64,000 nucleotides of DNA from an uncultured Alphaproteobacteria bacterium (GTDB lineage: Bacteria; Pseudomonadota; Alphaproteobacteria; Methylaequorales; Methylaequoraceae). Positions 31,279 to 40,903 of the stretch are shown here, in pieces (positions within the stretch are counted from its first letter, which is position 1; each line of letters starts with the position of its first letter). The notes below the pieces were generated by a model. The model searched no databases and was not told the origin of the DNA. It worked only from the letters and a program-made list of their open reading frames with translations. A program made the translations under genes and the position numbers. The DNA lies in the NCBI GenBank assembly GCA_902613995.1, contig CACMJG010000005.1, forward strand, positions 13,542 through 77,541, given 5' to 3'.

Positions 31279-31747
31279 TAGTCTCTCGGTTTGAATTGAA
31301 GAAATCTTCTAAAATAATCCTTGCTGCAAATTTATCTAAAAATTTTTTTTGTTTTTTCTTATTTTTAAAAAATTCATATGTTGAATCTTCAGCCTCGATA
31401 CTTGTATAATTTTCGTCCCAAAAGAAGAACGGAATATTCAGTTTGGATCTGTTCAAGTGATTATCTAAATTTGTAGTAGTATCAATAATAGATTGACTCA
31501 TTTTGTTTATTTTTTTCTCTTCACCTAAAGGTAACCCCACAAGAATGCCGCCGATATTATAGTCATTAATGATCTTAATTATATTTTTGTAAAATTCTAG
31601 ATTTCTAACTAATGTTTCCATTGGCATACTTATTTTGTGATTTTCATCAGATATGGCTATTCCAACTTTTTTCTTACCACAATCCAAACAAATAATTTTT
31701 TTTTTATTAGTTTTTTTTTTAAACTCTTTTATATTGCGAACAAACAT
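31271..31747 (-). CDS. ruvX: Holliday junction resolvase RuvX / YqgF pre-16S rRNA nuclease
   Basis: LDCGKKKVGIAISD, VGLP, WDENYTS, D..AA.IIL. Confidence 0.9.
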   Translation of the reverse strand: MFVRNIKEFKKKTNKKKIICLDCGKKKVGIAISDENHKISMPMETLVRNLEFYKNIIKIINDYNIGGILVGLPLGEEKKINKMSQSIIDTTTNLDNHLNRSKLNIPFFFWDENYTSIEAEDSTYEFFKNKKKQKKFLDKFAARIILEDFFNSNRETNE

Positions 31748-31785
31748 ACCTGATGTTATTTATAAATTAATCTAGTTTGTTATTT

Positions 31786-32073
31786 ATGTCTATTGATAAT
31801 TCAACAGTAAAAAAAGTTGCTAATTTAGCCAGAATTGAAATTAATGAAGAAGAAGAGACTACATTGATTACTGAGCTAAATAATATCCTAGGCTGGGTTG
31901 ATGAATTGAAGCAAGTGAATACAGATAGTGTTGAACCAATGCTTTCAGTTTTTAATGAGTCAATGCAGATGAGAGAGGATAAAGCGGAATCAAATTTCGA
32001 TAATAATCAAATTCTTGATAACTCTCCTGAGAGTAATTCAGGCTTTTTTGTAGTTCCAAGGGTCGTAGAATGA
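31786..32073 (+). CDS. gatC: Asp/Glu-tRNA amidotransferase subunit C
   Basis: Probable start ATG at 31786; VKKVANLARI...FFVVPRVVE. Confidence 0.95.
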   Translation: MSIDNSTVKKVANLARIEINEEEETTLITELNNILGWVDELKQVNTDSVEPMLSVFNESMQMREDKAESNFDNNQILDNSPESNSGFFVVPRVVE

Positions 32074-33515
32074 ATGACTTTGAAAACCTGTCAATTTCCT
32101 CCGCTATAGAAGGTCTGGCAAATAAAAATTTTACATCTCTTGAGTTGACAGAGTTTTTTATAAAAAAGATCGAAAAAAACAAAGATCTTAATTGTTTTAT
32201 TACATCCACCTTTGATAAAGCAATTGAAATGGCAAAAATTTCAGACCAAAAAATCAAAGAAAACGAAGCAAGACCATTAGAAGGAATACCCATAGGAATG
32301 AAGGATCTTTTTTGTACTAATGGGGTGAGAACAACAGCTGGTTCAAAAATTTTAGAAAACTTTGTTCCTTTTTATGAATCGACAGTTTCTAATAATCTTT
32401 GGAATTCAGGAGCAATAATGTTAGGGAAAACTAACATGGACGAATTTGCAATGGGATCTGCAAATACAACAAGCTTTTTTGGAAATGTTAAGAATCCACT
32501 TGGTTCAAAAGTTAATAAAGAACTTGTTCCTGGAGGTTCATCTGGAGGGTCTGCATCTGCAGTTTCCTCTGGGCTATGCCTAGGATCAACGGGTTCAGAC
32601 ACAGGTGGTTCAATCAGGCAGCCAGCTTCATTTTGTGGACTCGTAGGATTAAAACCGACTTACGGCAGATGTTCGAGGTTTGGGATGATAGCATTTGCAT
32701 CTTCTTTAGATCAGGCAGGGCCAATTACAAAAACAGTCGAAGATTCTGCATTGATGCTTCAAGCCATGGTAAGTTTTGATAAAAGAGATTCAACAAGTTC
32801 GAGACAAAGCATTCCAGATTTTTCTGACTTTAAAAAACTTTCAATTAAAGGTAAAAGAATTGGTATACCAAAAGAATACATGATTGATGGTTTAAATTCA
32901 GATATTAAAAAAATTTGGGATTCTGGAATTTCATGGTTCAAAAGCGAAGGTGCTGAAATTCTAGAAATATCTCTACCTCATACAAAATCTGCACTGCCAA
33001 CTTATTACATAATAGCTCCAGCTGAAGCTTCAGCAAATTTGGCACGATACGATGGAATAAGGTATGGATTTAGACACAATGCAGATGATTTAAATGATTT
33101 ATACCAAAAAACTAGAGGGTTTGGATTTGGAAAAGAAGTTAAAAGAAGATTAATGATTGGAACTTATGTTTTGTCTGCGGGATATTATGACGCTTATTAT
33201 TTAAAAGCACTTAAAGTTAGAAAACTTATTTCGCAAGACTTTGAAGACTCTTTTCAAAAATGTGATTTAATTCTCACGCCTACGACTCCAAATGTTGCTT
33301 TTGCGATTGGAGAAAAACAAACTAACCCTATTGAGATGTATTTAAATGATGTATTAACAGTTCCAGCAAGCTTAGCTGGTTTGCCAGCAATTTCAGTACC
33401 CTCAGGTTTTAACAGTGAAAAATTACCAATTGGTCTTCAATTAATTGGAAAACCATTTGACGAAATTTCAGTTCTAGCAGCTGGAGCAGTAATTGAGGAA
33501 TCAAGAGGTTTTTAA
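32070..33515 (+). CDS. gatA: Asp/Glu-tRNA amidotransferase subunit A
   Basis: KDLF, GKTNMDEFAMGS, GGSSGGSA, GSDTGGSIRQPA. Confidence 0.97.
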   Translation: MNDFENLSISSAIEGLANKNFTSLELTEFFIKKIEKNKDLNCFITSTFDKAIEMAKISDQKIKENEARPLEGIPIGMKDLFCTNGVRTTAGSKILENFVPFYESTVSNNLWNSGAIMLGKTNMDEFAMGSANTTSFFGNVKNPLGSKVNKELVPGGSSGGSASAVSSGLCLGSTGSDTGGSIRQPASFCGLVGLKPTYGRCSRFGMIAFASSLDQAGPITKTVEDSALMLQAMVSFDKRDSTSSRQSIPDFSDFKKLSIKGKRIGIPKEYMIDGLNSDIKKIWDSGISWFKSEGAEILEISLPHTKSALPTYYIIAPAEASANLARYDGIRYGFRHNADDLNDLYQKTRGFGFGKEVKRRLMIGTYVLSAGYYDAYYLKALKVRKLISQDFEDSFQKCDLILTPTTPNVAFAIGEKQTNPIEMYLNDVLTVPASLAGLPAISVPSGFNSEKLPIGLQLIGKPFDEISVLAAGAVIEESRGF

Positions 33516-34967
33516 ATGACTTATGTGATAGAAGGTAAAAAAGATAGTTGGCAAGTTGTTTTAGGGCTTGAAGTTCATGCTCAAATCAGTTCAAAGTCAA
33601 AGCTGTTTTCAGTTGCTTCGACTAACTGGGGATCAGATCCTAATACTCAAGTAGAACTTGTTGATTGTGGAATGCCTGGCGCACTTCCAGTTATTAATGA
33701 GTATTGTGTTGATCAAGCAGTTCTCACTGGCTTAAGTTTAAATGCTGAAATTAAAAAAATGTCAATCTTTGACAGGAAAAACTATTTTTATCCAGATCTT
33801 CCTCAGGGTTATCAAATTTCTCAGTTTGAGCACCCTATAGTTGGAAGAGGTCATATTAATATTGAAATCGAAGGAAAAGTAAAAAAAATAGGTATTACTA
33901 GATTACATCTGGAACAAGATGCAGGAAAAAGTCTTCACGACCAAGACATTAAAAATTCATACATAGACCTTAATAGATCAGGTTGTGCATTGATGGAAAT
34001 TGTATCTGAACCAGATTTAAGTAGTCCCATTGAAGCAGCCGAGTATGTCAAAAAATTAAGAAGCATATTGAGATACATCGGAAGTTGTGACGGAAATATG
34101 GAGAAGGGCAATTTAAGAGCAGATGTAAATGTTTCAGTTAAACGTGAAGGAGAGAAACTAGGAACAAGATGTGAAATTAAAAATGTAAATTCGATCAAAT
34201 TTATACAGCAGGCAATTGAATTTGAAGCAAAACGTCAAGTGAATATTATAGAAAATGGAGAAAAAATAATTCAAGAAACAAGATTATTTGATCCGAATAA
34301 ATGTGAAACTAGATCAATGAGAAGTAAAGAGGAATCTCACGATTATCGATATTTTCCAGACCCAGATCTACCCCCACTAATTATATCGGATGAAAAAGTA
34401 ATCTCATTAAAAGAGAAATTACCGGAACTTCCTGATGAAAAGAAGGATAGGTTTATGAGAGAATTTAACTTAAGTAGTTATGATGCTGAAGTAATTGTTA
34501 ATGACCAAGGTATAGCTAATTTTTTTGAAAAACTCGTTAAAGGTAGAGATTCAAAAGTTGTTACCAACTGGATTACAGGTGAAGTTTTTTCGTATTTAAA
34601 AAAAATAAATAAAGATATTAAAAATTCAGGAATTGCTCCAGAGAAAATAGGATCGTTAATAGATTTAATAGTTGATGAAACGATTTCAAATAGACAGGCT
34701 AAAGAAGTTTTTGAGGAGTATATGAAATCTATGGATGATGCAACTACCTTTATTGAGAAAAAAGGGCTTGTTCAGTTGTCTGATCAAAGTGAAATTTATA
34801 AGATAATTGACAAAGTTTTATCAGATAACCCTAAAATGGTTGATGATTATAAGAACGGTAAGGACAAATTATTTGGTTTTTTTATTGGACAAGTAATGAA
34901 GATATCAAAAGGGAAAGCAAATCCAAAGCTTGTGAACGAATTACTAGTAAAGAGGTTAAAAGAATAA
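33516..34967 (+). CDS. gatB: Asp/Glu-tRNA amidotransferase subunit B
   Basis: GLEVHAQ, RKNYFYPDLP, EQDAGK, YRYFPDPDL. Confidence 0.97.
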   Translation: MTYVIEGKKDSWQVVLGLEVHAQISSKSKLFSVASTNWGSDPNTQVELVDCGMPGALPVINEYCVDQAVLTGLSLNAEIKKMSIFDRKNYFYPDLPQGYQISQFEHPIVGRGHINIEIEGKVKKIGITRLHLEQDAGKSLHDQDIKNSYIDLNRSGCALMEIVSEPDLSSPIEAAEYVKKLRSILRYIGSCDGNMEKGNLRADVNVSVKREGEKLGTRCEIKNVNSIKFIQQAIEFEAKRQVNIIENGEKIIQETRLFDPNKCETRSMRSKEESHDYRYFPDPDLPPLIISDEKVISLKEKLPELPDEKKDRFMREFNLSSYDAEVIVNDQGIANFFEKLVKGRDSKVVTNWITGEVFSYLKKINKDIKNSGIAPEKIGSLIDLIVDETISNRQAKEVFEEYMKSMDDATTFIEKKGLVQLSDQSEIYKIIDKVLSDNPKMVDDYKNGKDKLFGFFIGQVMKISKGKANPKLVNELLVKRLKE

Positions 34968-34974
34968 AAAAAAT

Positions 34975-35066
34975 GGAGAGGTGGCCGAGTGGCTGAAGGC
35001 GACGGTTTGCTAAACCGTTATAGGTGGTAACATCTATCGTGGGTTCGAATCCCATCCTCTCCGCCA
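34975..35066 (+). tRNA. tRNA-Ser(GCT), type II with long variable arm, encoded CCA
   Basis: GGAGAGG/CCTCTCC acceptor stem, ACGGT-TTGCTAA-ACCGT anticodon arm, variable hairpin, GGTTCGAATCC T-loop. Confidence 0.97.
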
Positions 35067-35114
35067 TAATTTGCTTATTAAGAGCGAATATAAGAAAAAA
35101 AACAATTGCATTCT

Positions 35115-35615
35115 CTATGTAACAATAAAATATTGTGGTAGAAATGTAGTATTTATGTTTGCTTGAATCAAATAATAAATTAATTTTATAATATAAAAAA
35201 TAATTCCAATTATTGCTATAAATAAAGAATATAGTGTGAATTTCATACCTTTTCTTCTGTCATTAATATCCTCATTTATATCTGAGACTGCAAAAGAATG
35301 TATTGTTCTACCTATAGCTAAAAAAAGAAGTGATAGAACTGCAAAAAATAAAAGATTGTTAAAATAAAGAATAAAATTTAGTATAATGATAAGAGGAGAT
35401 GTTTCACAGAAATTTCCATGAGCTCTCACTGCTCTTTCTAACTTTTTGTTATTATGACCAATAGAAATTTTTGTTTCTCTTCGAATTTTCACTACATTTT
35501 TAAATAATTTATAATAATGAAAAGCTAAGTATAGTATCTCAATCAAAAAAATAATTTCAAAAATAGTTCTTGTCATTGAAAATCCAAAAAATATTGTACA
35601 TATTATCCATAACAC
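35115..35615 (-). CDS. MAPEG-family membrane protein
   Basis: RAVRAHGNFCETSP...GRTIH motif and four TM segments; start uncertain. Confidence 0.75.
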   Translation of the reverse strand: MLWIICTIFFGFSMTRTIFEIIFLIEILYLAFHYYKLFKNVVKIRRETKISIGHNNKKLERAVRAHGNFCETSPLIIILNFILYFNNLLFFAVLSLLFLAIGRTIHSFAVSDINEDINDRRKGMKFTLYSLFIAIIGIIFYIIKLIYYLIQANINTTFLPQYFIVT

Positions 35616-35639
35616 AATTCATACAATTTCAAAAAAAAA

Positions 35640-37055
35640 ATGACAAATGAATTTTCATTACATTGGTTTAGACAAGACTTACGACTAAGTGATAATCCGT
35701 CACTTAACTATTTGTCGCAAAAACATAAAAGAATAGTTTGTGTGTTTATTTATGATGAAGTAAATTGTAATAGAAAACTTGGATCAGCCAGTAAAACGTG
35801 GCTTCATTATTCACTGTTGTATTTAAATAATAAATTAGATAACAACTTGTTAATTTTTAAAGGTAACCCTGAGTCTATATTTTTAGATCTCATAAAACAA
35901 AATAAAATAACTGAAATATCATGGAATAGATGTTACGAGCCATGGAGAGTTGAACGAGATAAATTATTAAAAAAAACACTTAGTAAACATGTTGAAGTTA
36001 AAACATTCAATGGTTCACTTTTATGGGAACCATGGGAAGTCCTAAAGGCTGATTCCACACCTTATAAAATTTTCACACCATTTTATCAGAGAGGATGTCT
36101 CACTAAACAACCTCCTAGGAAACCAATCTCTAACAATTTTAGTTTTTTTAACCACAAAATTAAATCATTGAGCGTAAATGGTCTAAAATTACTTGATAAT
36201 ATGGGATGGGAGAATAAAGTTGTCAATCACTGGGAGATAGGCGAATCATTTGCTGAAAAACAAATGAATAATTTCCTTAAAGAAGGTCTTGGAGATTATT
36301 CTCACGGAAGAAATTTCCCAAATAAACTTAATGTATCAAGAATCTCACCATATCTTCATTGGGGACAAATTTCTCCAAATACACTTTGGTATAATGCTGA
36401 AAAACTTCAGCAGGATGTTGAAACAATAAATATTGATATATTTAAAAGTGAATTAGGTTGGCGAGAGTTTTTTTATAATTTAATGTTTCATTTTCCGAAT
36501 ATACAGAGTAAAAATTTACAAAATAAATTTGACAAGTTTCCATGGGATTCTAATGATGAATTTTTAAAATCATGGCAAAAAGGTTTAACTGGCTATCCTA
36601 TTATCGACGCTGGAATGAGAGAACTATGGAAGACTGGTTACATGCATAATAGATTAAGAATGATAACAGGATCTTTCTTAGTTAAAAATCTTTTATTGCA
36701 TTGGCAGCATGGTGAGAAATGGTTTTGGGATTGTCTTTTTGATGCTGATTACGCAAGTAATTCAGCAAGCTGGCAATGGGTTGCTGGTACAGGAACTGAT
36801 GCAGCGCCTTACTTTAGGATATTTAATCCGATAACGCAGGGAAAAAAATTCGATCCAGAGGGAGAATATATAAAAAAATATGTTCCTGAACTTAAAAATA
36901 TACCACACAAATATCTTTACACTCCTTGGGAATGCCCATCAGAAATTTTAAGCGAGATTAATTTAAAACTTGGTGTTGATTATCCATTTCCAGTAGTTGA
37001 CATCAAACTTTCGAGGGCAAAAGCACTTAAAGCCTTTTCAATCTTAAAAAAATAA
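35640..37055 (+). CDS. phrB: CPD DNA photolyase (class I/III type)
   Basis: WFRQDLRLSDNP, SRISPYLHWG, WREF, GYPIIDAGMREL...MHNRLRM, WQWVAG, FNP. Confidence 0.92.
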   Translation: MTNEFSLHWFRQDLRLSDNPSLNYLSQKHKRIVCVFIYDEVNCNRKLGSASKTWLHYSLLYLNNKLDNNLLIFKGNPESIFLDLIKQNKITEISWNRCYEPWRVERDKLLKKTLSKHVEVKTFNGSLLWEPWEVLKADSTPYKIFTPFYQRGCLTKQPPRKPISNNFSFFNHKIKSLSVNGLKLLDNMGWENKVVNHWEIGESFAEKQMNNFLKEGLGDYSHGRNFPNKLNVSRISPYLHWGQISPNTLWYNAEKLQQDVETINIDIFKSELGWREFFYNLMFHFPNIQSKNLQNKFDKFPWDSNDEFLKSWQKGLTGYPIIDAGMRELWKTGYMHNRLRMITGSFLVKNLLLHWQHGEKWFWDCLFDADYASNSASWQWVAGTGTDAAPYFRIFNPITQGKKFDPEGEYIKKYVPELKNIPHKYLYTPWECPSEILSEINLKLGVDYPFPVVDIKLSRAKALKAFSILKK

Positions 37056-37061
37056 AATCTT

Positions 37062-38546
37062 ATGAAAAAAATCTTTATTGTGTTGGGTAATCAACTTTTT
37101 AATCCAAGTTACTTTGAAAAATTCAGAAATGACCATCTTTTCTTTATTTGTGAAGATTTTCAACTTTGCACTTATCAAAAACACCATAAACACAAAATTT
37201 TATTATTTCTTTCTGCAATGCGCTCTTTTGCTGACGAATTGAAAAAAAAAAAATTTGAAGTAATTTATAAATCCATTGAAGAGAAAGATTTTAAAGAAAG
37301 CTATGTTGATAAGCTATTTAAAGAAATAGAAAAAGAGAATGCAAAAGAGATATCTATGTTCGAAGTCGAAGATAAATTTTTTGAGAAACAGCTTTTGGAC
37401 AACTTAAAAGAATTAAAATTAAACTATTTAAAATCTCCTATGTTTTTGAGTTCAAGAAATGATTTTAAAACATATCTAAATCAAGTCAAAAAACCATTTA
37501 TGGCAAACTTTTATAAAAAACAAAGAGTTGATCACAACATTTTAGTCGATTCAGATAATAAACCGGTTGGTGGTAAGTGGAGTTTTGACGACGAAAATAG
37601 AAAGAAACTTCCTAAAGAAATAGATTTGCCAGAAAAATTTACATTTAAAGAAACTAAACATACTAAAGATTTGAAAGAAATTGTTGAAAAAACGTTTTCT
37701 CATCATCCAGGAAAGACAAAAAGCTTTTGGACTTGTACAAACAGAAAAGATACAGAAAGTTACTTAGATTATTTTTTAGACAAAAAGATTGAGAATTTTG
37801 GGGATTATGAAGATGCAGTTGATCAAAGAGACAATATTTTGTTTCATTCTGCCCTTAGTCCTCAAATAAATTTAGGTTTATTAACACCTGAAGAAATCAT
37901 TTCTAAAATTAAGAGTAAAACTATTTCTAAGATAAATTCTCATGAAGGTTATATCAGACAATTAATTGGATGGAGGGAATTCATTCGGGGAATTTATCAA
38001 AATTTTGACAAAAAGTTAGAAAAAAGCAATTTTTTTAATCATAAAAAAGTAATGAAAGAAACGTGGTACACTGGTACCACTGGACTTGTCCCTTTAGACT
38101 ACTCTATAAACAACGCAATAGAATACGGATGGACTCATCATATTGAAAGATTAATGATTTTATGTAATATCATGAATTTATCGGAAATAAATCCTAAAGA
38201 GGTTTACAAATGGTTTATGGAGATGTTTATTGATTCATCAGACTGGGTTATGTCACCAAATGTTTACGGGATGGGATTGTTTAGTGACGGAGGAATTTTT
38301 GCCACAAAGCCTTATATTTGCGGTTCATCGTATTTCTTAAAAATGATGCATTTTAAAAAAGGAAGTTGGTGTGATATTATGGATGGACTTTATTGGAGAT
38401 TTATTGATAAACATAAAGATTTTTTTCTAAGTAACCCAAGATTATCAATGATGGTAAGAATTCTAGAGAAGATGAATGAAGAAAGAAAAAATAAAATCTT
38501 TAATGCAGCAAACCAATTTATAAAAAATAACACATATGAAAATTAA
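37062..38546 (+). CDS. Bacterial cryptochrome/(6-4) photolyase family protein (FeS-BCP clade), apparently lacking Fe-S cysteines
   Basis: LGNQLF, HHKHKI..FLSAMR, GGKWSFD.ENR, FGDYEDA, HHIERLM, FSDGG..ATKPY, LYWRF. Confidence 0.88.
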   Translation: MKKIFIVLGNQLFNPSYFEKFRNDHLFFICEDFQLCTYQKHHKHKILLFLSAMRSFADELKKKKFEVIYKSIEEKDFKESYVDKLFKEIEKENAKEISMFEVEDKFFEKQLLDNLKELKLNYLKSPMFLSSRNDFKTYLNQVKKPFMANFYKKQRVDHNILVDSDNKPVGGKWSFDDENRKKLPKEIDLPEKFTFKETKHTKDLKEIVEKTFSHHPGKTKSFWTCTNRKDTESYLDYFLDKKIENFGDYEDAVDQRDNILFHSALSPQINLGLLTPEEIISKIKSKTISKINSHEGYIRQLIGWREFIRGIYQNFDKKLEKSNFFNHKKVMKETWYTGTTGLVPLDYSINNAIEYGWTHHIERLMILCNIMNLSEINPKEVYKWFMEMFIDSSDWVMSPNVYGMGLFSDGGIFATKPYICGSSYFLKMMHFKKGSWCDIMDGLYWRFIDKHKDFFLSNPRLSMMVRILEKMNEERKNKIFNAANQFIKNNTYEN

Positions 38547-38910
38547 AGTTTTTTATAACAAGTCTTGTAATATTTGTAAAACTGAAATAGATCATTACAA
38601 AAGTCTTATTAACAATAAAATTTCTTTTATTAATATCATAGATAACAAGGAAGCTCAAAAAGCTACTTCAAAGTCTTACAAAGATTTGATAAGAAGACTT
38701 CATGTTTTTAAAGAAGGTAAAGTTATTGTGGGAGCCAAAGCTTTTTTGGAGATATGGAAAATAATTCCAAAATATAGGATTTTATACCATTTATTTAAGT
38801 TTAAAATGTTTTACGTTATATTATTTATTTTTTATGAGATCGCAGCTTTTTTTCTTTACTTAAAAAATAAACACCTCCTTAAAAATGAAAAAAAGCCAAC
38901 TTCCAACTAA
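38536..38910 (+). CDS. DUF393 / DCC thiol-disulfide oxidoreductase-like protein
   Basis: VFYNKSCNIC..EI; RLHV...G..AF..IW. Confidence 0.8.
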   Translation: MKIKVFYNKSCNICKTEIDHYKSLINNKISFINIIDNKEAQKATSKSYKDLIRRLHVFKEGKVIVGAKAFLEIWKIIPKYRILYHLFKFKMFYVILFIFYEIAAFFLYLKNKHLLKNEKKPTSN

Positions 38911-39010
38911 AATATGTGCAAATTGCAAAAAACAGTTTGTATGGAGAAAGAAATGGCGAAGAGATTGGGAGAATGTTAAATTTTGTTCAAAAAAATGCTC
39001 TAAACTTTAG
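38885..39010 (+). CDS. DUF2256-family small Cys-rich protein (missed by ORF track)
   Basis: Manual translation: MKKSQLPTKICANCKKQFVWRKKWRRDWENVKFCSKKCSKL. Confidence 0.88.
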   Translation: MKKSQLPTKICANCKKQFVWRKKWRRDWENVKFCSKKCSKL

Positions 39011-39644
39011 TATATCTTAGATAAGGTTTGATTTTCTTAAAATCCCCAAATAATTCTTTTGCCTCCTCGTCAGATACTGCTGGAACTATAATAACATCAT
39101 CATTTTGTTTCCACTGAGCTGGTGTGGCGACCTTGTTTTTAGTTGTGAGCTGAACTGAATCAAGAACTCTAATGATTTCATCAAAGTTTCTACCTGTGGT
39201 CATGGGGTATGTAAGTGTCATTCTGATTTTTTTATCTGGGTCTATTAAAAAAATTGATCTAACTGTTGCATTAGTCATAGCCGTTCTTTTGCCATCATTC
39301 ACTTCATCAGATGGTAACATATTGTAAAGTTTTGCGATTTGAAGATTTTCATCAGCGATAAGTGGATAACTGACTTTCACACCCTGAGTTTCTTCGATAT
39401 CCTTTTTCCATTTATGATGATCTTCAACTGAATCAACACTGAGTCCAATTAATTTACAATTTCTTGATTTGAATTCTTTTTCGATTTTTGCCATGTAACC
39501 AAGCTCAGTTGTACAAACAGGAGTAAAATCTTTTGGATGAGAAAATAATATTCCCCACGAATCGGATAGATACTGGTGAAGATTTATTGGCCCTTCAGTT
39601 GAAACTGCATCAAAATTAGGAGCGATATCGTTGATTCTTAACAT
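39000..39644 (-). CDS. 1-Cys peroxiredoxin (Prx6 type)
   Basis: FSHPKDFTPVCTTE, YPMTTGRNFDE. Confidence 0.95.
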   Translation of the reverse strand: MLRINDIAPNFDAVSTEGPINLHQYLSDSWGILFSHPKDFTPVCTTELGYMAKIEKEFKSRNCKLIGLSVDSVEDHHKWKKDIEETQGVKVSYPLIADENLQIAKLYNMLPSDEVNDGKRTAMTNATVRSIFLIDPDKKIRMTLTYPMTTGRNFDEIIRVLDSVQLTTKNKVATPAQWKQNDDVIIVPAVSDEEAKELFGDFKKIKPYLRYTKV

Positions 39645-39722
39645 TTAAATATTTTATAAAAAAAAAAAAAAAAAGAAATAGAAATTGATATATTTTATTT
39701 AACTACAATAATTTAGATCTCA

Positions 39723-40865
39723 TTGAATCAATTAAAATTTATGCTTGAGAAATTAAATAATCTATTTTTAGAAAATCAGCAAGATGCTTTTTTTATTTTT
39801 TATCCAGAAAAAATTAAAAGAATACTGGAATATTTTTCTAAAGAATTTATGGGGACAGTAATTTACGCTGTCAAAGCCAACCCAGCTGATTGTGTGCTTG
39901 AACAAGTAATTAAAAATGGAATCAGATCGTTTGATGTAGCATCATTAAAAGAAGTAAAGTTAATAAGGAAAAAACTATCGGATTCTGAAATTTATTTTAT
40001 GAATACTGTTAAGTCTAGATCTTCAATAAGGGAATCTTATTTCAAATACAATGTAAGAAATTTTTCGATTGACTCTACTGACGAATTAAAAAAAATTATA
40101 GAAGAAACAAATTCTGCGAATGACCTAGTTATTTATTTAAGAGTTTCAGTGCCAAACGATTTTTCTACCGTAAATCTTTCCTCTAAATTTGGAATTAATC
40201 ATAGAGAAGCACCAAAATTGTTAAATCAAATAAAAAAATATACAAGAGAAATTGGACTTACTTTTCATGTTGGCTCACAATGCGTAAATCCACATGCTTT
40301 CAAAGTAGGGATTAAAATTATGAAAAAAGTAATGCAAAACAGTAAAGTTAAAATTAAATATCTAAATGTTGGTGGAGGATTTCCATCATCGTATCCTGGT
40401 GAAGAAGAGTTTTTACTATCTGATTATTTTAATCAAATAAAAGACGAATTTTCTAAATTATCTGAATTTAATCTTTGTCCTCAAAATTTATTTTCTGAAC
40501 CAGGAAGATCAATTGTTGCAGATTGTATGTCTTTGGTAACTCGAGTGAATTTGAGAAAAAAAAATAAACTTTTTCTAAATGAAGGAATTCACGGAACTCT
40601 CAACAATGCAGGTTATTTAAATTTCAGATATCCTGTTAGACTTTTTAATAGAATTGATAAAAGTTCTAGACTGCAGTCCTTTAGTTTTTATGGACCAACT
40701 TGTGATTCACGAGATTTTATCAGAGGTCCTTTTAATTTACCAAGTTCCATTGATGAAGGAGATTGGATAGAAATTTTGAGTATGGGTGCTTATAGTCTGA
40801 CAATGCAAAATGATTTTAACGGCTTTTTTAAAAAGCCAAAAATATTTAATATTGACGAATTGTAG
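39723..40865 (+). CDS. Fold-type III PLP-dependent decarboxylase (ornithine/lysine decarboxylase-like)
   Basis: YAVKANP, FHVGSQ, VGGGFP, EPGRS, GPTCDS, GAYS. Confidence 0.9.
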   Translation: MNQLKFMLEKLNNLFLENQQDAFFIFYPEKIKRILEYFSKEFMGTVIYAVKANPADCVLEQVIKNGIRSFDVASLKEVKLIRKKLSDSEIYFMNTVKSRSSIRESYFKYNVRNFSIDSTDELKKIIEETNSANDLVIYLRVSVPNDFSTVNLSSKFGINHREAPKLLNQIKKYTREIGLTFHVGSQCVNPHAFKVGIKIMKKVMQNSKVKIKYLNVGGGFPSSYPGEEEFLLSDYFNQIKDEFSKLSEFNLCPQNLFSEPGRSIVADCMSLVTRVNLRKKNKLFLNEGIHGTLNNAGYLNFRYPVRLFNRIDKSSRLQSFSFYGPTCDSRDFIRGPFNLPSSIDEGDWIEILSMGAYSLTMQNDFNGFFKKPKIFNIDEL

Positions 40866-40903
40866 ATATTCAAAGTTTTTATTAATCTAAATAATTATAA
40901 AAG

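Noticed and set aside
34882-35067. 61-aa minus-strand ORF (MAERMGFEPT...)
   Set aside because: Antisense shadow of tRNA-Ser and the gatB end.
39723-40865. Link of the decarboxylase and EamA genes to a specialised pathway (DMSP, siderophore or flagellin modification)
   Set aside because: No partner methyltransferase, synthetase or glycosyltransferase nearby; ordinary polyamine synthesis is sufficient.
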